64,000 nt of DNA from Bacteroidales bacterium (GCA_015061165.1 SUXC01000014.1:3584-67583); one strand, 5' to 3'. Positions 8,837 to 17,100 are shown, counted from the first letter of the stretch. The notes: generated by a model from the letters alone, not told the origin. Translations and numbers: made by a program.

Positions 8837-10351
8837 TTATTTTTTCTTAATGAGTGCCTTTCCATCCAAACGGTAGAAAATGACACAATATATAATAAGG
8901 AGTATAGTGCCTATACCCATTTTAATCCATTCGTTGATTGGCAATAAGTGTGCCAAAGTGTAATATCCTGCCAAAAGTGTCAGAACAAGCAGGGTGTATA
9001 TGCCAATTCGGCGCAAATCGTATGGTATCTCGAGATGTTTGCGTCCCACGAAATAAGAGAGCAACATAATCACGAGGTAGCATACGGTACTGCTGGCTGC
9101 GGAAGCCATATAACCTATGCGAGGTACGAAGATGGCTTGCAGCGCAAAGGTAATGACTACTCCGATAATGGAGAAGTAGGCACCCCATTGCGTTTTGTCG
9201 GTGAGTTTGTACCAAAAACTGAGGTTGAAATATACGCCTTGGAAGATATACGTCCAGAGGACAACAGGTACGATTTTTAGTCCTTCCCAATAGGCGGGGG
9301 CGATAATAAATTTTAGTAGATCAAGGTAGAATATCATCCCCAACAAAATCATGTAGGAGAAGATAATATAGTATTTCATTGCATCAGCGTAGGCAGCCAC
9401 GGATTCGCGGTCTTTGTGCTTGGCAAAGACGAATGGTTCGTAGGCATAGCGGAAAGCCTGCGTGAACATCATCATCACCATTGCCACCTTGAAACATGCG
9501 CCGTAGATGCCCAATTGCGCTTGTGCATCGGCTCCATCGTAGAAGAAGGGGAATAAGATACGGTCCAGCGTTTGGTTCATGATACCGCACACACCCAATA
9601 CCAAGAGGGGCAACGAGTAGCGAAGCATCTGCTTCAGTAATTTGCCAGAAAATAGTTGTCGGGAGTCGGGAGTCGAGAGTCCGTAATCTGCGCGAAAGCC
9701 TTCAAGAATCGCTGGCAACAAACACAATGTCTGTATACCCGTAGCCATGATGTTTGCCACAAAGACATACCCTACTCCATAGTTGGGATTATACCACGAA
9801 GAGATGATTGCCCAATCCTGAATCTTCGGACAGAGTACGAGGAAGAAGAGATTGAGAATAATATTGAGGAATACGAATAGGAGTTTGAGTGCAGCAAACT
9901 GCAATGGGCGTTTCTTGTAGCGCAAGTACGCAAACGGTATGCTGGCAAAAGCATCCATTGCCACTACTATACCGAGCAGTGCAATGAACTCGCTGTGTGT
10001 AGGATAACCCAATGCGTTGGCTATAGGCATTCGCCATACCACACACGCTACCGCGAAAAGCAGTGATGTGGTAAAAAGCGCAATGAGCGAAGTACTATAA
10101 ACCGTCTTGGGATTTTCTTCGGCTTTGTTGGCAAAGCGGAAGAAGCCTGTTTCCATACCATAGGTGAGGATTACCAAAAGCAGTGCCGTCCACGCATAGA
10201 GGTTGGTAACTATACCATAGTCGGACTGCTGTTGCAGCACGTATGTGTATAGCGGAACGAGCAGCCAGTTGAGAAACTTGCCGACAATGGATGACACGCC
10301 ATAAATGGCGGTCTCCTTAGCGAGTATTTTCATTTGCAGGTTGCTGCTCAT
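8837..10351 (-). CDS. Wzx/MurJ-like oligosaccharide flippase family protein
   Basis: 504-aa polytopic membrane ORF. ATGA start/stop overlap with rsmI upstream. Confidence 0.8.
   Translation of the reverse strand: MSSNLQMKILAKETAIYGVSSIVGKFLNWLLVPLYTYVLQQQSDYGIVTNLYAWTALLLVILTYGMETGFFRFANKAEENPKTVYSTSLIALFTTSLLFAVACVVWRMPIANALGYPTHSEFIALLGIVVAMDAFASIPFAYLRYKKRPLQFAALKLLFVFLNIILNLFFLVLCPKIQDWAIISSWYNPNYGVGYVFVANIMATGIQTLCLLPAILEGFRADYGLSTPDSRQLFSGKLLKQMLRYSLPLLVLGVCGIMNQTLDRILFPFFYDGADAQAQLGIYGACFKVAMVMMMFTQAFRYAYEPFVFAKHKDRESVAAYADAMKYYIIFSYMILLGMIFYLDLLKFIIAPAYWEGLKIVPVVLWTYIFQGVYFNLSFWYKLTDKTQWGAYFSIIGVVITFALQAIFVPRIGYMASAASSTVCYLVIMLLSYFVGRKHLEIPYDLRRIGIYTLLVLTLLAGYYTLAHLLPINEWIKMGIGTILLIIYCVIFYRLDGKALIKKK
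9661..9681. repeat. 3 x 7 nt GGGAGTC module inside the second flippase CDS
   Basis: gggagtc gggagtc gagagtc. It encodes LSTPDSR. Confidence 0.8.
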
Positions 10352-11016
10352 TCTTTCTTTCCCTCTACGATCAAAACGATTTCACCTTTCGGTTGATTTT
10401 GTTTGTAGTGTTCTGCGAGTTCCAATAGGGTGCCACGTTGGGTGTCCTCGTGCAGTTTGCTAATCTCTCGACTGACGCTTGCTCGGCGATCAGCACCCAT
10501 CACCTCTGCCAATTGTTCCAATGTCTTTACCAATCGGAAGGGCGATTCGTAGATAATCATCGTATGCGTCTGCTCGGCAAGAATCTTCATGCGTGTCTGG
10601 CGACCTTTCTTCTGGGGTAGGAAGCCCTCGAAATAGAAGCGGTCGTTGGGCAAGCCCGAATCCACTAATGCGGGTACGAATGCTGTGGCACCGGGCAGAC
10701 ATTGTACTTCCACGCCACGCTCTACGCAGGCACGCACCAGCATAAACCCAGGGTCGGAGATACAGGGTGTACCTGCATCGGAGATCAGTGCTACGGTCAT
10801 ACCTGCTGCAATGCGATTAGCCATATCGTCGCTTGTCTCATGTTCGTTGAACTTATGATGGCTCTTGAGCGGGGTATGGATATCGTAGTGCTTGAGCAGC
10901 ACGGATGAGGTGCGCGTATCTTCAGCAAGAATGAGGTCCACCTCCTTCAGCACGCGCAGCGCACGAAAAGTGATGTCCTCCAAATTGCCAACGGGTGTAG
11001 GTACTACATAAAGCAT
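10348..11016 (-). CDS. rsmI: 16S rRNA (cytidine1402-2'-O)-methyltransferase RsmI
   Basis: 222 aa. MLYVVPTPVGNLEDITFRALRVLKEVDLILAEDTR is the RsmI N-terminus. Confidence 0.92.
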   Translation of the reverse strand: MLYVVPTPVGNLEDITFRALRVLKEVDLILAEDTRTSSVLLKHYDIHTPLKSHHKFNEHETSDDMANRIAAGMTVALISDAGTPCISDPGFMLVRACVERGVEVQCLPGATAFVPALVDSGLPNDRFYFEGFLPQKKGRQTRMKILAEQTHTMIIYESPFRLVKTLEQLAEVMGADRRASVSREISKLHEDTQRGTLLELAEHYKQNQPKGEIVLIVEGKKE

Positions 11017-11038
11017 AATTTTGAATTATGAATTATGA
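11017..11038. repeat. GAATTWW units at the rsmI start / upstream gene stop junction
   Basis: aatttt gaattat gaattat ga. It contains the stop codon at 11033-11035. Confidence 0.75.
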
Positions 11039-11758
11039 GAAGCGGCGTTTGAGTACGTTCTCGAAGAGTTGCACTGCAGTGGACTCTTTGTCCCAATCGA
11101 AGTTATTGCGCACATAATCCATGGCCTCGCTTAGCGAACCGAGACCATTAATTTCATCCAAGGTCTTTTGCATCAATTCACCGTTGCCTGCAAAGAGTTC
11201 GCGTTGGAAAAGGAAACGGTCGCCTAAAGAGATGGCTTGACGGATATCCTCTACGGCTGTGCCAAAGAGCGAAGTCTGAAGAGGTTGTGTAGCGTTGTGT
11301 AGCTGTTGTGTAGCGTTGTGTAGTGGTTGTGTAGGTTCTGCCACAGGCTCTGCCTTTGCTTCTGGTTGTGGAGCAGGTGTTGGCTCTGTTACTGGTTCAA
11401 CTACCTCTACTTCATCTAAAATCTCTAATGACTCTATTGGTTCTATAGATTCTAACGGTTCTATAGATTCTATAGTTTCTTGCTTCTCTAATTCTTCTTT
11501 TACTTCCTCTTGTGGTTCTTCTTCCACGATGAGTTCGATTTCCACTTCGGGCTCAGCAGTTTGTGCTGCCACAGCACCTGTAGCAGCGAGGGCTGCCACT
11601 TCGGCTTGCAAGGTGGCTATCAAGGCTTTCGCCTCATCGCCTTCTTGCCTCATCGCCTCATTACTAGCCTCTAATTGCGCTACACGCGCCTCCAGAGCAG
11701 AAAGTTTCTGCTCCAGAGTAGTCGTGTAGTCGGTTATTGCTTGAATAAGATTGTTCAT
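11033..11758 (-). CDS. Hypothetical protein: coiled-coil N-terminus, acidic/Pro-rich repeats, conserved C-terminal domain
   Basis: 241-aa ORF tightly packed between rsmI and the POT transporter. It has internal repeats (ESIEPLESIEPIES; PLHNATQQLHNATQPL). I recognise no family. Confidence 0.6.
   Translation of the reverse strand: MNNLIQAITDYTTTLEQKLSALEARVAQLEASNEAMRQEGDEAKALIATLQAEVAALAATGAVAAQTAEPEVEIELIVEEEPQEEVKEELEKQETIESIEPLESIEPIESLEILDEVEVVEPVTEPTPAPQPEAKAEPVAEPTQPLHNATQQLHNATQPLQTSLFGTAVEDIRQAISLGDRFLFQRELFAGNGELMQKTLDEINGLGSLSEAMDYVRNNFDWDKESTAVQLFENVLKRRFS
11283..11334. repeat. GTTGTGTAG 10/11-mer array inside the hypothetical CDS
   Basis: Five copies. It encodes PLHNATQQLHNATQPL. 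Confidence 0.8.
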
Positions 11759-11761
11759 AGA

Positions 11762-13288
11762 TTACTTTGTTGCATCTTCGAGTTTCTTCATCATTGCGAA
11801 CATAAAGATGGCTGCCACAGCGCAAACGCCTACGAATACGCTCCATACGCCCCACAAAGGCATATCGCCCCAAAGGTTACCACCGATAGATACGAGGTAG
11901 TTACCGATAGCGGTAGCCACGAACCAGCCACCCATCATCATACCTTTGTACTTAGGAGGAGCCACTTTCGTAACGAAAGAGATACCCATTGGACTGAGGA
12001 GCAACTCAGCGAAGGTGAGGATCAAATAGGTGTAGATGAGCACGTTGGCATTCACGAATGTTGGGTCGCCCGTTACGCGAGCCAACTCCTGTGCGTTAGG
12101 AGTGAGCAGACCTATACAAGCCACAGCCATCACGATGTAGGCGATAGTAGCCACCACCATACCCAGGGCAATCTTGCGTGGAGCAGATGGCTCTTTGCCT
12201 TTCTTAGCAAGTGCACCAAAGAGTGCCATGCTGAATGGAGTGAGTGCCACTACATAGAATGGGTTGAACTGTTGGAAGATAGGTGCGCTCAAAGTGATTC
12301 CTTCTGGAGAGATATGGAGGTACTTGTATGCCAATACGCCCAATGCAGCAACGATAGCCACGCCTGAGAAGACTTTTGCTTTTGCAGTCTTGCTTTGTAC
12401 CAATGAGAAACCAGCATATACGATGATGACAATCATCACGAGATTGATGATATCAAACCACATGGTTTGTACACCAGTGCAGAGTGGTTGTACGAACTCG
12501 TTAGCGAAGTAGGTGAGTGTCAAACCGTTTTGGTGGAATGCCATCCAGAAGAAGATTACCACAGCGAACACGAGGCAGAGAGCCACAATGCGCTTTTTGG
12601 TTTGCTCTGGGGTCAGTTCTTCTACTTTTGCACCAGTAGCAGCTGCTTGCTTAGCAGAGTTCTCTACGTGCTTAAACCAAGGACGGCAAGCGTAGTATAT
12701 GACAATACTGAGAATCAATGATGCGCAAGCTACCATGAATGCGAAGTGATAACTATCGTTCACGCTCACGCCAAGACTGGTTTGTGCCCAATCCATGATC
12801 TTCACGGCTGCTGTAGGAGCGAACATTGCACCAATGTTGATAGCCATGTAGAAGAGTGAGAAAGCTGCATCGCGCTTGTCTGCGTATTTAGGATCATCAT
12901 AGAGATTACCTACCATTACTTGCAAGTTACCTTTGAACAAGCCAGTACCGAAACTGATGAGTACCAATGCAGCAATCATCGCACCCATAGCGGTGCCGCC
13001 TGCGCCCAATGGAATAGCCAGCAGAATGTATCCGAGGAACATCACCATAATACCGATGGTTACGCACTTGCCGTAGCCAATCTTGTCAGCCAAAATACCG
13101 CCTACGAGTGGCAAGAAATATACCAACGCGAGGAAGGTAGAATAGATTTGTCCTGCGGTGGCAGCTTCTAATCCGAAGTTCGCACGCAAGAATAGCGCAA
13201 ATACGGCTAACATGGTGTAGTAGCCAAATCGTTCGCCTGTGTTGGCAAGTGCCAATGCAAACAGACCTTTAGGTTGATTTTCAAACAT
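11762..13288 (-). CDS. Proton-dependent oligopeptide transporter (POT/PTR2 family MFS)
   Basis: 508 aa, multi-TM. The N-terminal GERFGYYTM matches the PTR2 ExxERFxYY signature. Confidence 0.9.
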   Translation of the reverse strand: MFENQPKGLFALALANTGERFGYYTMLAVFALFLRANFGLEAATAGQIYSTFLALVYFLPLVGGILADKIGYGKCVTIGIMVMFLGYILLAIPLGAGGTAMGAMIAALVLISFGTGLFKGNLQVMVGNLYDDPKYADKRDAAFSLFYMAINIGAMFAPTAAVKIMDWAQTSLGVSVNDSYHFAFMVACASLILSIVIYYACRPWFKHVENSAKQAAATGAKVEELTPEQTKKRIVALCLVFAVVIFFWMAFHQNGLTLTYFANEFVQPLCTGVQTMWFDIINLVMIVIIVYAGFSLVQSKTAKAKVFSGVAIVAALGVLAYKYLHISPEGITLSAPIFQQFNPFYVVALTPFSMALFGALAKKGKEPSAPRKIALGMVVATIAYIVMAVACIGLLTPNAQELARVTGDPTFVNANVLIYTYLILTFAELLLSPMGISFVTKVAPPKYKGMMMGGWFVATAIGNYLVSIGGNLWGDMPLWGVWSVFVGVCAVAAIFMFAMMKKLEDATK

Positions 13289-13381
13289 AATTAGTTGTTT
13301 TTTATGGTTAATAATTGTTTTTGCTATCGGTCGTGTATCTTACCCTTAATTCTATTCCGCCTATATACACAAAATTCCGTG

Positions 13382-13389
13382 CAAAGGTA
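13382..13389 (-). promoter_or_regulatory. -7 box TACCTTTG (TAnnTTTG) for the POT transporter
   Basis: rc of CAAAGGTA. A CAAA (-33 TTTG) lies 20 nt further upstream at 13410-13413. 94 nt to the ATG. Confidence 0.6.
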
Positions 13390-13644
13390 ATATTTTTTTT
13401 GCATATATGCAAATAAAATCGCACGGGAGCACAAAAAAAGTTTCTATTTACTGAAGAATGTGTGACACATACCGAGTTTTTTTGGCGACCATTTCGCGAC
13501 CACCATTGGACATCTATAGGACATTGGTGGGCTTTCGGTGGCACTTTTGTGCCTCGTTTCTTCGCTAACCACCCGATTACCACTAGCCACGTCATGGTTG
13601 CCGGCGAATGGCGCTATAATTTTGCTGCATATTCGCTGCACGCT

Positions 13645-13671
13645 TCGTAGTCTCATCGTAGTCTCATCGTA
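13645..13671. repeat. 2.5 x 11-mer tcgtagtctca
   Basis: Read directly in the 540-nt spacer downstream of the LHH gene. Confidence 0.8.
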
Positions 13672-13712
13672 CCCGAGAAAACCTATCAAAAACACACCTC
13701 TTGTTAATACAA

Positions 13713-13747
13713 ATGCGGAAGTGGCTGTTTTATAACCACTTCCGCAT
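13713..13747 (-). terminator. Hairpin downstream of the LHH nuclease gene
   Basis: Perfect 12-bp stem atgcggaagtgg / ccacttccgcat with an 11-nt loop. T-rich flanks on both strands. Confidence 0.55.
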
Positions 13748-13829
13748 GGGTGTAATTTTTCGAAAAAAAAGTTTTCGCGCACCGAAAATTAACAGAGTTA
13801 AACATAACTCTCTAATTTCTATTCGTTTT

Positions 13830-14354
13830 CTACAATGTTGAGTAAATTTTCAACTTTTCTTCTGTAGTAAAGGCAGCAAAACGAGCTTTCCAATATGCCG
13901 ACTTTTCGTGGTCGAATTGTCCGCGGTCGATTTCCGACTCTTTGCCTACTTGGTGCAAGATTGGGTTATTACCTTCGCCCATATGTTCTGCCCAAGTAAG
14001 TTCCGCAAAAGGAGAGTCTTGCTGCTGTCCTATATGATGCAATTCATATGGATCTCCATTAGGATCGCGCGGCGGAAAGCCTTCTCCAATAAGGTCAGCA
14101 TTGTTGTACTCTGCCCAACGGTCGTAGTCTTTGAGGCGTTTTTGCGTGCTGGTTTTGAGCCAAGTATTTCTGCGAATGGAGAAATCTGCCCAATTGATAT
14201 CCGTTCGGCATAATGCCCAACGTTCTCCGATTAGGCATGCTTGTAGTTTAGCGCGCATATAAATCTCCGCTTCTTCCATAGTAGCAATGTAACGGATAAC
14301 ATCTTCAGGCCAGTTAGTTCGCTGACTAATGAGTTGTTGCTCTTGAGATGTCAT
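13830..14354 (-). CDS. Stand-alone HNH/EndoVII-fold nuclease of the LHH type
   Basis: 174 aa. The segment DPYELHHIGQQQDSPFAELTWAEHMGEGNNPILH fits the LHH toxin-nuclease signature (LHH ... H ... LH). No signal peptide and no large N-terminal delivery domain. Confidence 0.7.
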   Translation of the reverse strand: MTSQEQQLISQRTNWPEDVIRYIATMEEAEIYMRAKLQACLIGERWALCRTDINWADFSIRRNTWLKTSTQKRLKDYDRWAEYNNADLIGEGFPPRDPNGDPYELHHIGQQQDSPFAELTWAEHMGEGNNPILHQVGKESEIDRGQFDHEKSAYWKARFAAFTTEEKLKIYSTL

Positions 14355-14485
14355 TTCTCTCCTAAATTGTTAGTAGGAATATTCAAACGGCTGTTGCAGT
14401 TTGGGCATTTTGGTAGCACCTCTTTAATGAAGCCACCTACGGTAAATACATGTTTGCATCGTAAGCAACGACGAAGTTGTAGCAT
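14351..14485 (-). CDS. 44-aa zinc-ribbon peptide, translationally coupled to the LHH nuclease gene
   Basis: Hand-translated as MLQLRRCLRCKHVFTVGGFIKEVLPKCPNCNSRLNIPTNNLGEK. It has two CxxC pairs 16 residues apart. Its TGA overlaps the nuclease ATG (ATGA). It is too short for the ORF track. Confidence 0.5.
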   Translation of the reverse strand: MLQLRRCLRCKHVFTVGGFIKEVLPKCPNCNSRLNIPTNNLGEK

Positions 14486-14513
14486 AAAAGTTCGCGTTAA
14501 GAAATTAGTCTTT

Positions 14514-14618
14514 TTATTTTTTTAATAAATCACCAATAATCTTAACTGCAGTTTTTACTAAGTTAATCACATCATTACGTTCAACATCCGAAACTTTTCC
14601 ATTAGTTTTTGGTTTCAT
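14514..14618 (-). CDS. Possible 34-aa ORF
   Basis: Hand-translated as MKPKTNGKVSDVERNDVINLVKTAVKIIGDLLKK. It lies 28 nt upstream of the zinc-ribbon ORF on the same strand. The only support is position and an amphipathic-helix-like sequence. Confidence 0.25.
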   Translation of the reverse strand: MKPKTNGKVSDVERNDVINLVKTAVKIIGDLLKK

Positions 14619-14732
14619 AATTTTTTTCCTTTCTTGTCTTATTTTCCGCCTACTCTTTGTCGGATTTTCGGCACACTCCGTTGGTTAATTGTTTGAATTA
14701 TTGTTTGTTATCTTGATTTCGTATATACATAC

Positions 14733-14755
14733 AAAAAGCGTGAACTTTCGTTCGC
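14733..14755 (-). terminator. Intrinsic terminator or attenuator between the rod-like element and the small ORFs
   Basis: Minus strand: gcgaac-gaaa-gttc(a)cgc followed by TTTTT. Confidence 0.5.
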
Positions 14756-14761
14756 TTCAAT

Positions 14762-14900
14762 TTGATTGTTTGAGGTTCTGGACTACCTTAGTAATTCAAA
14801 TTTACGCACGGAAAACTCACGCTGGTAACGCGAGCGTGCATAAACCGTACTTGAATTACTAAATGGTTGTTTTGAAAGTGTCCAGTTTTCAAACAATCAA
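14762..14900 (-). ncRNA. 139-nt rod-like nested-helix element (candidate structured leader or ncRNA; could also be a DNA-level imperfect palindrome)
   Basis: Five nested helices read by eye on the minus strand: ttgattgtttga/tcaaacaatcaa (12 bp), ctggac/gtccag, acc..ttagtaattcaa/ttgaattactaaggt (15 bp with a 2-nt bulge), gtacgg/ccgtgc (one G-U, which favours the minus-strand RNA), and cacgct/agcgtg. Confidence 0.4.
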
Positions 14901-15006
14901 GTCTGGGCTTATAACGCTATATTAAATATGTCGGGCAACGGTATCGTTGCAGTTTAGTTATGAACTATGAGTGATGAATGATAAGTAATTTTAGGGAGTT
15001 AGTTAT

Positions 15007-15325
15007 TTAGTTAGTATCTTTTTGCTTAATACCTATTGCGTTGGTAAGTTCTACCCATCTGGTTGAAGACATAGTAAAAGCATTTAATCCTGCCTCTACT
15101 CTAATCCCCTCGAATTCGAGGGGGTTAAAATTAGGGTTATACAACGTCTCCATATACCCAAGAACTCAATCGTATACGATTTCTCATCCAATTTGCGACA
15201 ACACCATTAGGATCTATGGCGTTTTTCATTCTCGCAATATCCGTCATGCAGATATAATCAACGTTACCATGTTTGATAGTTTTAACGGCAACTTCTTTTA
15301 CGATAATTTCACTTTTCTTTGCCAT
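15007..15325 (-). pseudogene. KilA-N domain gene remnant (two frameshifts, C-terminally truncated)
   Basis: Three reading frames together give MAKKSEIIVKEVAVKTIKHGNVDYICMTDIARMKNAIDPNGVVANWMRNR / TIEFLGIW / ETLYNPNFNPLEFEGIRVEAGLNAFTMSSTRWVELTNAIGIKQKDTN. This resembles the N-terminal half of Bacteroidales KilA-N proteins. The usual C-terminal half is absent. Confidence 0.6.
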
Positions 15326-15351
15326 AATCCATTGTTTTCGAAAATCGGCTG

Positions 15352-15359
15352 CAAAGGTA
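15352..15359 (-). promoter_or_regulatory. -7 box TACCTTTG upstream of the KilA-N remnant / LHH locus
   Basis: rc of CAAAGGTA, 27 nt from the remnant ATG. This is the only consensus box I found upstream of the LHH genes. Confidence 0.6.
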
Positions 15360-15445
15360 GTGAAATATTTTGAATTGTGCAAATAAAAATGCCATTCCAC
15401 TTGAAAATAATATGCTCTTTTTTCGCTATTTTCTATTTGAAGTGG

Positions 15446-16534
15446 TTATTCCACCACTAAGCACCAGCCGTGTGTGTCTTCGGTGCGACCGTACTGGATG
15501 TCCTGCAAAGCGTGGTAGAGTTTTGTCAATACAGGACCTGGCTTGTCGCCAAAAGAATATGTAATATCATTATCTGGGTCATAGACCTTTGTCAATGGCG
15601 AAATAACACAAGCCGTACCACAAGCTGCTGCCTCCTGCATGTCTGCCAATTCCTCTACACGGATATGGCGACGAGTAACCTTCATACCCATCTCACGCGC
15701 CAAAGTCATCAACGAATCGTTGGTAATGCTGGGCAAAATAGCAGTGCTGCGAGGGGTGAGGTATTCGAAAGTTAGATCGCTTCGCTGTAGATTGGCTACG
15801 CCTGTAGATCGCTTGGCTGTAGTGGGGGCAGAGCCCTGTAGATGGCTACGCTGTTTGATTGCGATAAAATTGGAAGCGGTACACTCATCAATATACTTGT
15901 GCGTTTTGGCATCAGTGAACATGCACTCATAGCCCATAGCGTGCGCCGCTTCGCTGGCGCGGAAAGATGCCGCGTAGTTACCACCCACTTTCCAACAGCC
16001 CGTGCCTTGTGGCGCAGCACGATCGATGGTGCGGTTCACGATAGCAGGCATGCCTTTGAAACCATTGGGGAAATACGGACCAATAGGCGTAGGGACAACC
16101 ACAAACTCGCAATCTTTGCCTGGCCCTACACTGATATCAGGCGTAGTAGCAACGAGCAACGGACGGAAATAGAGCGTAGCACCAGTTTCGTAAGGAGGAA
16201 GGAAAGCGATGTTCTTCTCCAGTGCCAACAATATCGCTTCGCAAAAGAGTTCTACAGGCACGGGGGTCATCAGCAGTCCTTCGGCAGAATGGTACATGCG
16301 TTTGGCGTTCTCCTCCATGCGGAAGATACGCACCTTATCGTCCACACCACGAAAGGCCTTCAGTCCCTCAAAACACTCTTGGCCATAGTGCAGGCCTGTG
16401 GCAGCGGCATGGATAGGAATCATCTTGTCGCGCGTGGCATAGGGGCGTTCCCATACGCCATTCTTGCATGCCGCACGGACAATATAGTCCGTTTCGGTAT
16501 AGTGAAATGTCAGTTTACTCCAGTCTATATTCAT
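15446..16534 (-). CDS. ilvE: Branched-chain amino acid aminotransferase
   Basis: 362 aa. Class IV aminotransferase blocks (GLHYGQECFEGLKAFR, ILPSITNDS). Contains a repeat-encoded extra segment of about 25 aa. Confidence 0.9.
   Translation of the reverse strand: MNIDWSKLTFHYTETDYIVRAACKNGVWERPYATRDKMIPIHAAATGLHYGQECFEGLKAFRGVDDKVRIFRMEENAKRMYHSAEGLLMTPVPVELFCEAILLALEKNIAFLPPYETGATLYFRPLLVATTPDISVGPGKDCEFVVVPTPIGPYFPNGFKGMPAIVNRTIDRAAPQGTGCWKVGGNYAASFRASEAAHAMGYECMFTDAKTHKYIDECTASNFIAIKQRSHLQGSAPTTAKRSTGVANLQRSDLTFEYLTPRSTAILPSITNDSLMTLAREMGMKVTRRHIRVEELADMQEAAACGTACVISPLTKVYDPDNDITYSFGDKPGPVLTKLYHALQDIQYGRTEDTHGWCLVVE
15772..15853. repeat. CTGTAG-containing imperfect repeats inside ilvE
   Basis: ctgtag at 15785, 15802, 15817 and 15836. 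tagatcgctt occurs twice, 32 nt apart, and ggctacgc occurs twice. It encodes QRSHLQGSAPTTAKRSTGVANLQRSDL. Confidence 0.8.
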
Positions 16535-17100
16535 ATCTTCATAATGGTCTCAGGACCATATTCAAATAACAAGTCCAATATACTCTGTCCATTGCCAAAG
16601 CAAGGTTCTAAGTCCAATCCCTGCCAGTCGCTGGTTCGATTCTCGCCTAATAGCCTCTTTGCCTCTTCGCCTTTCGCATCGTTCGCTATCAAACGAATGA
16701 TTACCTCATGGATTTTCTCGTTAAAATCGACCAAAAAGCGCGTTTCTTGTTCGTAGAAAGGACGGAAGAAATCTGCGTAGTAATCGAAATAAGGTGTGCG
16801 TTTGTAGGCACTCATAAGGGCAATCCAATGCTGGTGTTGCCAACGCTTCTGGAAACTAATCTCCACATCGCGCGTGAACTGTTTGCTATCCACACGCTTC
16901 ACGGGCACGGTGAGCGTGAGGCGATTGGCAATTGGCGATTGGCAATTGGATTGAGAGTCGTGCGGCACAGTAATCGTACACCTATTGCGGTAGGTTTGCT
17001 TCGGAAAACTCTCCATCACCTCAATCTGGACTACCGATGGATTCGCCAAAAACTGGCGGTACCATTCTACAGGCCCCATATATGTTGTTGGCAATATCAT
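16531..17100 (-). CDS. WbqC family protein
   Basis: I place the start at MILPTTYMGPVEWYRQF (rc ATG 17098-17100). KQTYRNRCTI is the WbqC-family block. The track extension to 17211 reads through a heptamer module. Confidence 0.8.
   Translation of the reverse strand: MILPTTYMGPVEWYRQFLANPSVVQIEVMESFPKQTYRNRCTITVPHDSQSNCQSPIANRLTLTVPVKRVDSKQFTRDVEISFQKRWQHQHWIALMSAYKRTPYFDYYADFFRPFYEQETRFLVDFNEKIHEVIIRLIANDAKGEEAKRLLGENRTSDWQGLDLEPCFGNGQSILDLLFEYGPETIMKI
16919..16953. repeat. 5 x 7 nt TGGCGAT/TGGCAAT module inside the WbqC-family CDS
   Basis: aggcgat tggcaat tggcgat tggcaat tggattg. Bases 16920-16949 are identical to 4385-4414. Confidence 0.9.

Noticed and set aside
13398-13413. TTTGCA-N4-TGCAAA palindromes (also at 42642-42657 and about 61437-61452) as possible operator sites.
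   Set aside because: They sit 20 nt from TAnnTTTG boxes. They are explained as back-to-back -33 TTTG elements of divergent, or formerly divergent, Bacteroidota promoters.
14733-15325. The structured element as a retron msr/msd, a HEARO/omega RNA of an IscB-type nuclease, or a group I intron carrying an HNH homing endonuclease within the KilA-N gene.
   Set aside because: There is no reverse transcriptase. The HNH protein is only 174 aa with no RuvC-like region. No downstream KilA-N exon is detectable in any frame of 13289-13829.
16626-16650. tRNA-like T-loop sequence ggttcgattc.
   Set aside because: It lies inside the WbqC-family CDS. The flanking bases do not form a T-stem or an acceptor stem.
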